Source of the DNA: Candidatus Latescibacterota bacterium
Lineage (GTDB): Bacteria > Latescibacterota > UBA2968 > UBA8231
Assembly: GCA_965217095.1 (NCBI GenBank)
Contig: OZ244235.1
Span: forward strand, 5,268,609 to 5,332,608
Length of the DNA stretch: 64,000 nucleotides
Direction: 5' to 3'
Shown: positions 1 through 7,891 of the stretch, one piece after another
How positions within the stretch are numbered: the stretch's first letter is position 1
How the letters are laid out: each line of letters begins with the position of its first letter
Notes under the pieces: generated by a model
Databases searched by the model: none
The model's input: only the letters and a program-made list of their open reading frames with translations
Told to the model about the DNA's origin: nothing
Made by a program: the position numbers and the translations under genes

Positions 1-651
1 GCTCCGTTCGGTGAGGGCTTGAATGCGCCGCCGTCGAACGAGGATATCGCCAGAGTGGCGACGGCAACGCTGTCGGATCCCGCCACCCACATTAGCAGGA
101 GCTATCGGCCGACTGGCCCCGAGCTGATTTCACCGCAGGATATCGCCGGCATCTTGAGTAACGTCCTCGAGCGCAAGGTCACCTACAAAGACGTGCCTTT
201 TAAGGCCTTCAATAAAGCGGCCGTTGCTCAGGGCTTTCCGGTTTCCGATATCGCCCACATCCACTACTACGCTGAGGACCTCAGAAATGGTGCGTTCGCC
301 GTCGGAGCCCCGACCGATCACGTGCGCCAAGTCACTGGCGTCGAACCCGAAGGCTTCGAGTCGATCGCACGACGCTACACTCAGAATCCGTCGCTGATTC
401 ACCCGAAGCTCGACACCGGATCGAGAATTGGCGCCATTCGGTTTCTCTTGAAGTTGATCGCTACCCCGCCAGCGGACCTGGAAGCCTGGGAGCGCGATCG
501 TGGATATCCGTTGCTGAACGATCCGACCCTGGCACAACAGAGCGCCGAGTGGCGCGAGACGGCTCAGCGACAACAACTGAATCTGCTGCCGGAAGTTGCG
601 GTTGATGACGCACGTCATGGCGATATCAAACTGACGGCGATAGCGTCGTAA
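1..651 (+). CDS. NmrA-like / NAD(P)H-binding family protein, C-terminal part (5' end outside window)
   Basis: The reading frame is open from nt 1, so the ORF track's M at nt 19 is internal. Motifs PQDIAGILSNVLERKVTYKDVPFKAF and the HIHYY region resemble NmrA-family C-termini. Confidence 0.55.
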   Translation, partial: APFGEGLNAPPSNEDIARVATATLSDPATHISRSYRPTGPELISPQDIAGILSNVLERKVTYKDVPFKAFNKAAVAQGFPVSDIAHIHYYAEDLRNGAFAVGAPTDHVRQVTGVEPEGFESIARRYTQNPSLIHPKLDTGSRIGAIRFLLKLIATPPADLEAWERDRGYPLLNDPTLAQQSAEWRETAQRQQLNLLPEVAVDDARHGDIKLTAIAS

Positions 652-691
652 CCGATCGATACAGCTACTGTTTGGTTAAGGAGATAGACCG

Positions 692-1555
692 ATGACCTCC
701 ACACACATAACTGAAACCCAGATTCTTCCCCCGTTGCCAGTGTCACGCCCGGATTCGATTAACGGCAATGATGGAGACGACTACCGTTACGAGACCTTCC
801 GTGCGGGTGTGCTCATGAACGACGCCCGGTTCTCACCCGATGCCCTCAAGCCGGGGCAACTCCTGCCGGACCAAACGCTGGTCCGACCGGACGGCGAAGA
901 GATCTCGTTGCGAAATCTAGCGGCCGGTCGGCCGATCGTACTCGTAACCGGCTCGCTTACGTGCCCTCTCAGCATCAGCTCACTGCCCGCATTCGCACAG
1001 TTGAACCGCACCTACGGCGAACGCGTGGCCTTCGCCTTCATCTATACTCGCGAGGCTCATCCCGGCGAAAGTCTGGGGCAACCCTCGACCCTGGAGGAAA
1101 AGATGGAGCATGCACGCCAGCTGCAAGAGGTCCACCGAGTCGATTGGCCCGTGTTAGTGGACGATCTGGACGGCACCGTCCATCGGAAGCTGGATACCAA
1201 GCAGAATTCCGTCCACATTGCTGACGCCGAGGGCCGGGTTGTATTTCGAGCCCTCTTTGCAGGTAGTAACGCGGTGGGAAAAGCGATCGCCGCCGTCGCC
1301 GAGACGGGGCAGCCTCACAAAAGCCAGATTCATGGCATGCTAACTGGCTCCATGAGGTCGATCGGCTACATCGACGAGACCCTGCGACTAGCTGGCTCGA
1401 AAGCCTACCGCGACGTCATCAAAGCTCTGCCACCGATGGCTGCCGTAGCACTGATGGCTCGCGCCTTCCCGTTCCTGCCTAAAGCCAACCGTGGTTGGGC
1501 GGCGATATCGCTGATGCTCGGCGCGGTTGCCGCCCTATGGCTCGCTTTCAGGTAG
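692..1555 (+). CDS. thioredoxin-fold (redoxin / deiodinase-like) protein with C-terminal hydrophobic anchor
   Basis: 287-aa ORF. The motif VLVTGSLTCPLS...LPAF is a Cys-containing Trx-fold active-site-like motif. The C-terminal AAVALMARAFPFL...AAISLMLGAVAALWLAF segment looks like a transmembrane anchor. Confidence 0.45.
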   Translation: MTSTHITETQILPPLPVSRPDSINGNDGDDYRYETFRAGVLMNDARFSPDALKPGQLLPDQTLVRPDGEEISLRNLAAGRPIVLVTGSLTCPLSISSLPAFAQLNRTYGERVAFAFIYTREAHPGESLGQPSTLEEKMEHARQLQEVHRVDWPVLVDDLDGTVHRKLDTKQNSVHIADAEGRVVFRALFAGSNAVGKAIAAVAETGQPHKSQIHGMLTGSMRSIGYIDETLRLAGSKAYRDVIKALPPMAAVALMARAFPFLPKANRGWAAISLMLGAVAALWLAFR

Positions 1556-1640
1556 AAACCACTGACCCAGAGGATCCCATGGTTGCATCATTCTCTCAAT
1601 TCACGAAGCCCTGGGCGATCTAGTTTTATTTGAGCAGTAT

Positions 1641-1654
1641 GTTGCATATACAAC
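1641..1654. promoter_or_regulatory. palindromic operator-like site GTTGCATATACAAC (copy 1 of 3, one mismatch)
   Basis: Near-perfect 14-bp palindrome 33 nt upstream of the RBS/ATG of the DUF1918-like gene. The same motif recurs at 2781 and 3300 around the MarR gene. Confidence 0.5.
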
Positions 1655-1686
1655 TTGCGAATCTCAATTCAAAAAGGAGGTAAGAG

Positions 1687-1950
1687 ATGTCTCGTTTTGA
1701 ACCGGGAAATACCGTCCGCTTCACCCATCAACAGGATCTAATAATCGGCGAAGTGGAGGAGATACGGCGAGGGTTTGAAGGGGATCATGTGCTCGTCGTC
1801 CGTCAAGGCGGACCATGGTCGGGTGATCGCTATATGGTCCTGTCGAGCTACGTGGAAAAGATCGGGTCTCACACTGCGGAGACTGAGGTGGACTTTCGGG
1901 CGGCTTCCCATGGGCAGCATAAGCCCAGCACACTCTCTACCGAGCACTAG
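1687..1950 (+). CDS. small DUF1918-like protein (hypothetical)
   Basis: 87-aa ORF with a strong RBS (AAAAAGGAGG). Weak resemblance to the DUF1918 small β-barrel proteins. The palindromic site lies just upstream. Confidence 0.5.
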   Translation: MSRFEPGNTVRFTHQQDLIIGEVEEIRRGFEGDHVLVVRQGGPWSGDRYMVLSSYVEKIGSHTAETEVDFRAASHGQHKPSTLSTEH

Positions 1951-1970
1951 CGCAAAAGGAGCACTCAAAA

Positions 1971-2449
1971 TGACGACCACAACTTTTCCATTTTCAATCA
2001 ATCACCACCTACGGGCAAAGAATCTGAACGTAGAACCGCCGAGAAGTCCGTATGAGAAAATCGCCGATCATGTGTTTGCAGCCCGGACCCTGGATAAGTG
2101 TCGGTCCTATCTGGCTGGAACACTCGGTGAATACGAGTTCAACTGCAAGCTCGATCGGCGGTGGTTCGACTTCACCGGAATCAACGTCATCGACTTTATG
2201 GAGTTCGTGGCTACTGGCGCGGATGACGATGAGGTGGATCGCTGGATTCGCGAGTATTCGGTTGCACGGGAGCGAGTCCAGATCGTGCAATGGAACAACC
2301 AAATGCGGGAACTGCGGATTAGCGAACTTCCAGAGCGGTCTCAAGTCTATATAGAGGACCTCTTATCATCTATCGTACCCTCAGGCAGATCACCGGCCAC
2401 CCTGTTCGAGGTTTTTGAGGTTGACGAAGGACGTCTGGAACTCGGATAA
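1971..2449 (+). CDS. hypothetical protein (about 159 aa)
   Basis: The ORF track gives 1775..2449. The likely start is the internal ATG at 1971 (MTTTTFPF...), preceded by AAGGAG. No family recognised. Confidence 0.5.
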
Positions 2450-2457
2450 GAGGCGAC

Positions 2458-2760
2458 ATGTCTGAGTTAATCTACAAGTGCACCAGTCGATGGGTCGTGC
2501 GGCGAGCGCTGCTACAAGCGCTCGTGGTTGGCCCCGTCCTAACTGCCATCAATCACGGAGGTGCGATTCTCCGAATGGAACTGGACGGGGCCCGAGTGCT
2601 GGCGATCGGTCTGACCCTCGTTGTGCCTTATCTGATTTCGACCATATCTATCGTGTCGGCGATGAACCGGAGTACACTTGACCCATCCCAAAAGCGCGCC
2701 GATATGTGGGCGCGAGGTACTTCTTGCGACCAAACGGTTTCAGCCAGCTGCGGTGAATAA
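2458..2760 (+). CDS. NrtS-like small membrane protein (putative nitrate/nitrite transporter NrtS family)
   Basis: 100 aa. RRALLQALVVGPVLTAINHGGAIL followed by a second hydrophobic helix resembles NrtS-family proteins. Confidence 0.4.
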   Translation: MSELIYKCTSRWVVRRALLQALVVGPVLTAINHGGAILRMELDGARVLAIGLTLVVPYLISTISIVSAMNRSTLDPSQKRADMWARGTSCDQTVSASCGE

Positions 2761-2761
2761 T

Positions 2762-2794
2762 TTGACAAGCCCGCTTTTTAGTTGTATATACAAT
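2762..2794 (+). promoter_or_regulatory. sigma70-like promoter (TTGACA-17-TATATA) overlapping palindrome GTTGTATATACAAT (copy 2)
   Basis: TTGACA at 2762-2767, a 17-bp spacer, then TATATA at 2785-2790. The -10 sits inside the palindrome. This is a typical autoregulated MarR promoter layout directly upstream of the MarR gene. Confidence 0.55.
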
Positions 2795-2822
2795 GAAACC
2801 TAGTCGCAGGAGGACATTTTAG

Positions 2823-3278
2823 TTGGGAAAAACGCAGGTAAGTTCCGGCGAAGCCACCGAAGTCAACTGTAGCTGTATCGCTGACAAGGTTCGGCTCCTT
2901 AACCGGGTAATTACAAAAGTCTACGACGACGCGCTAAAACCGGCTGGCATCACGACGGCACAGATGAACATTCTAGGGGTCGTCGCCAAATACGGGGATG
3001 CAACGCCTCGACAGGTATGTGACTGGTTGTCCATGGAAAAGTCGACGTTGAGTCGAAACTGTCGTCGCTTGCGCGAAAACGGCTGGATGAACGTAATCGA
3101 AGAAGATGGACGTGCCCATAGGTTTCAGATTACCGCCAAGGGTGCCAGGCTGTGGAAGAGAATCGTGCCCTTGTGGCAGGAGGCACAGGACCAGGTACAT
3201 GCACTTGTAGGCGAGCGTGGCGTAAGAGACGTGATGCGGATTGCCAATACCGTGAGGTCTCTCGATGCCGCCGAATAG
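2823..3278 (+). CDS. MarR family transcriptional regulator
   Basis: 151 aa with a TTG start after a GGAGGA RBS. Winged-helix MarR signature ITTAQMNILGVVAKYGDATPRQVCDWLSMEKSTLSRNCRRLRENGWMN. Confidence 0.8.
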   Translation: MGKTQVSSGEATEVNCSCIADKVRLLNRVITKVYDDALKPAGITTAQMNILGVVAKYGDATPRQVCDWLSMEKSTLSRNCRRLRENGWMNVIEEDGRAHRFQITAKGARLWKRIVPLWQEAQDQVHALVGERGVRDVMRIANTVRSLDAAE

Positions 3279-3299
3279 GGACTCTTTTTTGTGCTCTGT

Positions 3300-3313
3300 G
3301 TTGTATATACAAC
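3300..3313. promoter_or_regulatory. perfect palindrome GTTGTATATACAAC (copy 3)
   Basis: Identical 14-bp perfect palindrome 22 nt downstream of the MarR stop and upstream of the sensor-kinase gene. Confidence 0.5.
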
Positions 3314-3354
3314 TTTTTGAGTATAGGCCAGCGACGAGTATTCGTGTACTGCTC

Positions 3355-3374
3355 CGTAATTTCGTGAAATTACG
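3355..3374. promoter_or_regulatory. inverted repeat CGTAATTTC-GT-GAAATTACG in the sensor-kinase leader
   Basis: 9-bp perfect inverted arms with a 2-nt spacer, about 85 nt upstream of the kinase start. Confidence 0.35.
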
Positions 3375-3459
3375 AAATGTCGAGAGTCGTCGGTGCGTTC
3401 AGAGGCCAGGAGATGAACTGCAAGGACCTACTCAAAACCGATCGAAAACAGGGACTTAA

Positions 3460-5274
3460 GTGAATCCTCAAAGACAGAGGCAACCAATGGCACAAGAATT
3501 GCCAGAACTCGAATCGAGGGCACCATTGAAACAACAACCCACCAACATACATCGGGCGCCTTTCGAGCCCATCGTGATGAACGGCAATTCGATCAGAGGT
3601 AAACCCTTTGACTCTGGCCGCCCAGCTACCAAGGATTTCTTCCAGAGGGTTGTGCGCCCACTCACCGGATCTGCTGCCATTTTCGCCTTGATGAGCGTTG
3701 CGATTGCTTGGGCTGTTGGTATTTACGTTTACAAACTCGGCACAGATGAAGCGACGAAAATCGTGTACGAAAAGAATCTGACTCTGGCCCATGCGTTTGA
3801 ACAGTACGCCCGTAACGAGGGTGGTAATGGCAGCTCAGATCTGAGTTCCGTCCGAGCCGCCTGGAAACAGATGGACCAACCACCTGGAAGCTACCTGTGC
3901 ATCATTGGTGCGGACGGGATGGCAAAGGTTCACACAGCAGAGCCGGCTCTGGTGGGCACGTACATGGGGGACCAACGGATCGACGCCCATGGGTCGGGTC
4001 CACGCACGGTCAATCAGCTATTCGAAACCCGCCAAGATTGGGTCGGCCCTTCATACGGACTGAACGGCCAGGAAGAGATAGGTGCGTTCGTCTACAGCGA
4101 TGTCCTGGACGCACTGGTGGGCGTCTACAATCCGGCGCACTTGATAAACTCCGAGATTAGAGCCGCGGCGATGCCGGAGGCGGCAGGTATCGCGCTGGTC
4201 ACTACGGTACTTTTACCGATTACGTTTGTATTCCTGCACCGAGCCTACAAGGCCTCCCGGAGAGAGCTGGAGAGGACGAACGTGGAACTCAGGCAGGAGA
4301 TCCATGAGCGCCTAGCACTCGAGGGGAAAAACCGGCTGCTTGCGGCCTTCCCGCGGGAGAATCCGAACCCCGTCCTTGCCTGCGACAAGGAGGGGACGGT
4401 GGTGTACGCCAACGAGGCGGCGCAGCAGCTTCTCGACCAAACGGAGCTTGGGGAGAGCGGCAGATTGTTTCCCACAAATGAGTTTTCCCGGCCACAAAAT
4501 TGCCTTGACGAGGGCAAGTGCCGCTGGGGCATCGAAACAATCCTGGGCGATAGGGTGTATTCCTGGACCTACAATCCGGTTCCTTCCATCGAATGCATTC
4601 ACATCTACGGGAGAGACGTTACCGAGACCAAGCGTGCGCACGAGCGCATCGAGGAGTCTCTACGGGAAAAGGAGATTCTGCTGCAGGAAGTGTATCATCG
4701 CGTCAAGAACAACCTGCAGATCGTCTCCAGCCTGCTCAAGCAGCAATCGGCTGCTGTGCAAAACGAAGAAGCTCGCGGCGTGTTCAGCGAGATGCAGCAT
4801 CGCATCCACTCGATGGCACTGGTGCATCAGGCGCTCTATCAGTCGACCGATCTGGGCCAGATCGCCTTCGACGGATACATAAGGAACCTAGCGGCCAATC
4901 TCGTTCGCTCCAGCAACCAACAGGACCGCCGAGTCGCGTTGGAGTTTGATTTGGAGGAAATATCTCTCGGTCTCGACTACGCCATCCCCTGCGGTCTCAT
5001 CCTCAACGAACTGATTACCAATGCGATCAAATATGCGTTCCCGGAGGGCCGCCGGGGAACGATTCGGGTCGAATTGCGTAAGCTGACAGAGGGAAGTTTC
5101 AGAATGGCGGTCAGCGATGACGGTGCGGGGATCTCGGGCGGCATTGACCTGGAGAATCCGCTCACTCTGGGGCTGCGACTGGTGCACGATTTGACCTATC
5201 AATTGGGTGGAGAAATGAAGATTGATCACATCAATGGTACCACATTTCAGCTGACGTTCTCAGAGTCGGCTTAA
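3460..5274 (+). CDS. sensor histidine kinase (periplasmic sensor domain, PAS, HisKA_2, HATPase_c)
   Basis: 604 aa. GTG at 3460, or ATG at 3487. Two transmembrane segments flank a roughly 170-aa periplasmic region, followed by a PAS-like region. H-box LQEVYHRVKNNLQIVSSLL is the HisKA_2 type. C-terminal ATPase motifs NELITNAIKYAF and DDGAG. Confidence 0.8.
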   Translation: MNPQRQRQPMAQELPELESRAPLKQQPTNIHRAPFEPIVMNGNSIRGKPFDSGRPATKDFFQRVVRPLTGSAAIFALMSVAIAWAVGIYVYKLGTDEATKIVYEKNLTLAHAFEQYARNEGGNGSSDLSSVRAAWKQMDQPPGSYLCIIGADGMAKVHTAEPALVGTYMGDQRIDAHGSGPRTVNQLFETRQDWVGPSYGLNGQEEIGAFVYSDVLDALVGVYNPAHLINSEIRAAAMPEAAGIALVTTVLLPITFVFLHRAYKASRRELERTNVELRQEIHERLALEGKNRLLAAFPRENPNPVLACDKEGTVVYANEAAQQLLDQTELGESGRLFPTNEFSRPQNCLDEGKCRWGIETILGDRVYSWTYNPVPSIECIHIYGRDVTETKRAHERIEESLREKEILLQEVYHRVKNNLQIVSSLLKQQSAAVQNEEARGVFSEMQHRIHSMALVHQALYQSTDLGQIAFDGYIRNLAANLVRSSNQQDRRVALEFDLEEISLGLDYAIPCGLILNELITNAIKYAFPEGRRGTIRVELRKLTEGSFRMAVSDDGAGISGGIDLENPLTLGLRLVHDLTYQLGGEMKIDHINGTTFQLTFSESA

Positions 5275-5291
5275 GTCAGGAGAAAGGATAT

Positions 5292-5311
5292 GAAAAAGAC
5301 TCGCATACTAG
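5292..5311 (+). pseudogene. orphaned 5' end (codons 1-7, MKKTRIL) of the response-regulator gene, separated from the rest by an IS insertion
   Basis: ATG AAA AAG ACT CGC ATA CTA G sits directly after the kinase stop with RBS AGGAGAAAGG. Removing the IS plus one CTAG copy restores MKKTRILVVEDEILVARDL, a canonical receiver-domain N-terminus. Confidence 0.7.
5308..5311. repeat. target-site duplication CTAG (left)
   Basis: Identical 4-bp CTAG directly abuts both IS termini. Confidence 0.7.
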
Positions 5312-6946
5312 CCTGAATAATTCATGAATCCGCACCAAGCGAACGAATTCGGTGCGCTGGTCAATGGCTGGACGTTTTGGTAGCGGGTTGATCGAGTGCT
5401 GTCGGTCGTCGAGGTGTTGTCTGGGAGATCTGAGCCTCTTTTGGATGTCATTGGGACAGTCGGGTCCCTTGGTGGATCGTGTGCGTGGATGTAGTGGGAC
5501 ATCGCAAAGCATCATGAGGTGTCGAGGTTGAGGACGACGGTGCGCATCAGATCCTTGAGCGGGTATGACGTCGGAAAGTGAAAACGGACCTTGGTGGCTT
5601 GCTCCCGCACGCGGGCGCCGATTTTGAGCACCCGGAGTTGGATCGTGTTAAAGTTGGACGTCGTCCATTGGGTGCCGCGCATGCCAATCTGTTGGATCGT
5701 GTGCAGCAGCACGTAGGCCGCGCTGTGCAGGAAGAGGCGAAATTGGTTGGCCGAGAAGCGGTGGCAGGAGGTGCGGTCGGACTGCAGGTAGGTCTTGTGA
5801 TTCTTGATGAAGCCTTCCGACCGCCCACGAGCGCAGTAGATCTCCTCATACAGAAACTCGGGAGAGCGGTTGCGGATATTGGTCACCACGAAGCGCGGGT
5901 TGGCTTTGCCTTGTGTGATCTCGGCCTTGTAGATAATCTGGCGCGGTCGGGGCCAGCTCTTGGCCTGATACTCGAAGCGGTCAAAAAGCCGCACCGGTTC
6001 ATCGCTCTGCTCGGCCAGCGCCGCCACCAGCTCCATCAGCGGTTCGCCGAGTGCCTTGAGCTTGTTGTTGATCGCCTGTCCCAGAATGAAATCAATACCG
6101 TATCCGTCGCACAGGTCGTGCACCTCAGGGGTGCTGAAGTGTGAGTCGCCTCGTAAGGTGATCTTCGTCTTCGGCCACACCATGATCAAATGATCCAACA
6201 CGCGTTTGAGGATGGCTACCGCCTCTCGGCCTCGCATTCTACGACCGGGTCGCAGCAGCGTCGTGATCAATTTGCCCGACTCCCCTTCGTAGAGATGGAC
6301 CGGAAGGTAGCAATACTCGTCATAGTAGGCATGGAACAACGTGAGTTGCTGGGCGCCGTGTGCCGGATCGTCCGTGTCGTCGATGTCGATGGTGAGCTTC
6401 TTGGGCGGCTGGTCGTAAGACTCGATGAATATTTCCAGCAAAGCGAGCCCGATGCGATACAGATCCGAGCGGCTGACACTGTTTTCCAAACGAGACATGG
6501 TTGGTTGACTGGCCAAATCGTCTCCCGTCAGAGGCAGACGGTCGCACGCGGTTTTCAGACCCGGATCGCAACGCAGGTCGTCACTGTCATTGGCGTCCTC
6601 GTAGCCACAGGCGATCTGGAATACGCGCTGCCGGATGAGGTCAGTATACGTATGGTCGATATAGCTTTGATGTCGACGATCCGACATCGCCGCCACGATT
6701 CGGTCGACGATCCCGGTGCGGGCTTCCGCTGGTCGCAGAAGCAGGGCGCCCCCATCACTGGTGGTCATGCCACCGTCAAAATCAGCTTCGATCTTTTTGC
6801 CCGAGATGTTTGCAAACGATAGCGCGATCTGCGAAGTTTCCATCTGCGGTGGCCCTCTTGATTGGTTGTTGTTTGTGGGTAACCCTAACGTAGGGCAAAA
6901 CAACCAGTTGTACAGAGGCTCACCGCATTTTTATGAATAATTCAGG
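5312..6946 (-). mobile_element. IS1380-family insertion sequence (1635 bp)
   Basis: Terminal inverted repeats CCTGAATAATTCATGAA (5312-5328) and CCTGAATTATTCATAAA (reverse complement of 6930-6946) match at 15 of 17 positions and start with CC as in IS1380. Flanked by a 4-bp CTAG duplication. Single 443-aa DDE transposase ORF. Confidence 0.8.
5512..6843 (-). CDS. IS1380-family DDE transposase
   Basis: The ORF track gives 5512..6903. The likely start is METSQIAL at 6843. The N-terminus (SFANISGKKIEADFDGGMTTSDGGALLLRPAEARTGI) and overall length are typical of IS1380 transposases. Confidence 0.8.
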   Translation of the reverse strand: METSQIALSFANISGKKIEADFDGGMTTSDGGALLLRPAEARTGIVDRIVAAMSDRRHQSYIDHTYTDLIRQRVFQIACGYEDANDSDDLRCDPGLKTACDRLPLTGDDLASQPTMSRLENSVSRSDLYRIGLALLEIFIESYDQPPKKLTIDIDDTDDPAHGAQQLTLFHAYYDEYCYLPVHLYEGESGKLITTLLRPGRRMRGREAVAILKRVLDHLIMVWPKTKITLRGDSHFSTPEVHDLCDGYGIDFILGQAINNKLKALGEPLMELVAALAEQSDEPVRLFDRFEYQAKSWPRPRQIIYKAEITQGKANPRFVVTNIRNRSPEFLYEEIYCARGRSEGFIKNHKTYLQSDRTSCHRFSANQFRLFLHSAAYVLLHTIQQIGMRGTQWTTSNFNTIQLRVLKIGARVREQATKVRFHFPTSYPLKDLMRTVVLNLDTS

Positions 6947-6950
6947 CTAG
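6947..6950. repeat. target-site duplication CTAG (right)
   Basis: See the left duplication. Confidence 0.7.
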
Positions 6951-7891
6951 TGGTAGAGGATGAAATTCTCGTCGCAAGAGACCTGCAGTCCAGTTTGGAA
7001 CTCCTTGGATACGACGTTCCAGAGATTGCTATCTCGGGCGCGGAGGCGTTGGAAAAAATAAAAGCTACTCAACCAGATGTGGTGCTGATGGATATCCACC
7101 TGAAGGGCGACATGGATGGCGTGGAGGCCGCTGGCATAATCCGCGAGCAGTACGACATCGCGCTCATCTACCTGACCGCATACGCCGACGACCAGACCCT
7201 GCAGCGCGCGAAACTCACGCAGCCGTACGGCTACCTGTTAAAACCGTATCAGGAAACAGAGTTGAAAACCACTATCGAAGTGGCCCTCTACAAACATGAA
7301 ACCGAGGACAAGCTGAAGGTCGCCCACCTGCAACTGGAGCGCGCGCATGCGCAGATCCGGCGCCAGGTGCGGGAGTTGGAGGGCCGTGACCAGCTGGTGC
7401 GATTTCAGGTGACCGGTCCCACCGTTGTCGAGGCTTGCGATCAGATCGCTCGGATCTTTTCCGCTGTTTTCGGGCCCACTCAAATCGCGGTCTATCTGCC
7501 CGACGCCAGCGCTACCTGGCTCGAGTTGACTTCGAGTTCCGTCGCGGGTATCGACAGCACCGATCTCACTGACAGATTGGTCGCCAACGATCCGGATTCA
7601 CTGGTTGCCGCGTCTTTTCGGCATGCCGCTGCGCGGCTCAGTGTCGACGGCGGGCAAGCGGCGGTCGCCATGCGCTACGGAGACCGGGCTGTGGGTGTGG
7701 TTATGCTCGCGGCCGTCGAGCAGGAAAGTTGGCCGGCCGCCGAGCTGATCCCGGCTTTGCGTCGACTAGGTGAACAATCGGCTTTACTGCTGCGCATGGC
7801 CCGGGTTGCGACGGAACTGGATGGAGGACAGCTAACGGTTGAGGAACTCCTGGAGCTCGAGGAAGAGGCCAGCTATGACGATGGTGCGTGA
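6950..7891 (+). CDS. response regulator (REC plus C-terminal coiled-coil/GAF-like domain), 5'-disrupted by IS1380
   Basis: The REC domain begins abruptly at VVEDEILVARD... with only a GTG available at the IS junction. The native start lies at 5292, upstream of the IS. The C-terminal ~180 aa look GAF-like. Confidence 0.7.
   Translation: MVEDEILVARDLQSSLELLGYDVPEIAISGAEALEKIKATQPDVVLMDIHLKGDMDGVEAAGIIREQYDIALIYLTAYADDQTLQRAKLTQPYGYLLKPYQETELKTTIEVALYKHETEDKLKVAHLQLERAHAQIRRQVRELEGRDQLVRFQVTGPTVVEACDQIARIFSAVFGPTQIAVYLPDASATWLELTSSSVAGIDSTDLTDRLVANDPDSLVAASFRHAAARLSVDGGQAAVAMRYGDRAVGVVMLAAVEQESWPAAELIPALRRLGEQSALLLRMARVATELDGGQLTVEELLELEEEASYDDGA

Noticed and set aside
5578-6822. Plus-strand ORFs of 188 and 210 aa inside the IS element
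   Set aside because: They are antisense to the transposase and have no known IS1380 accessory gene equivalent.
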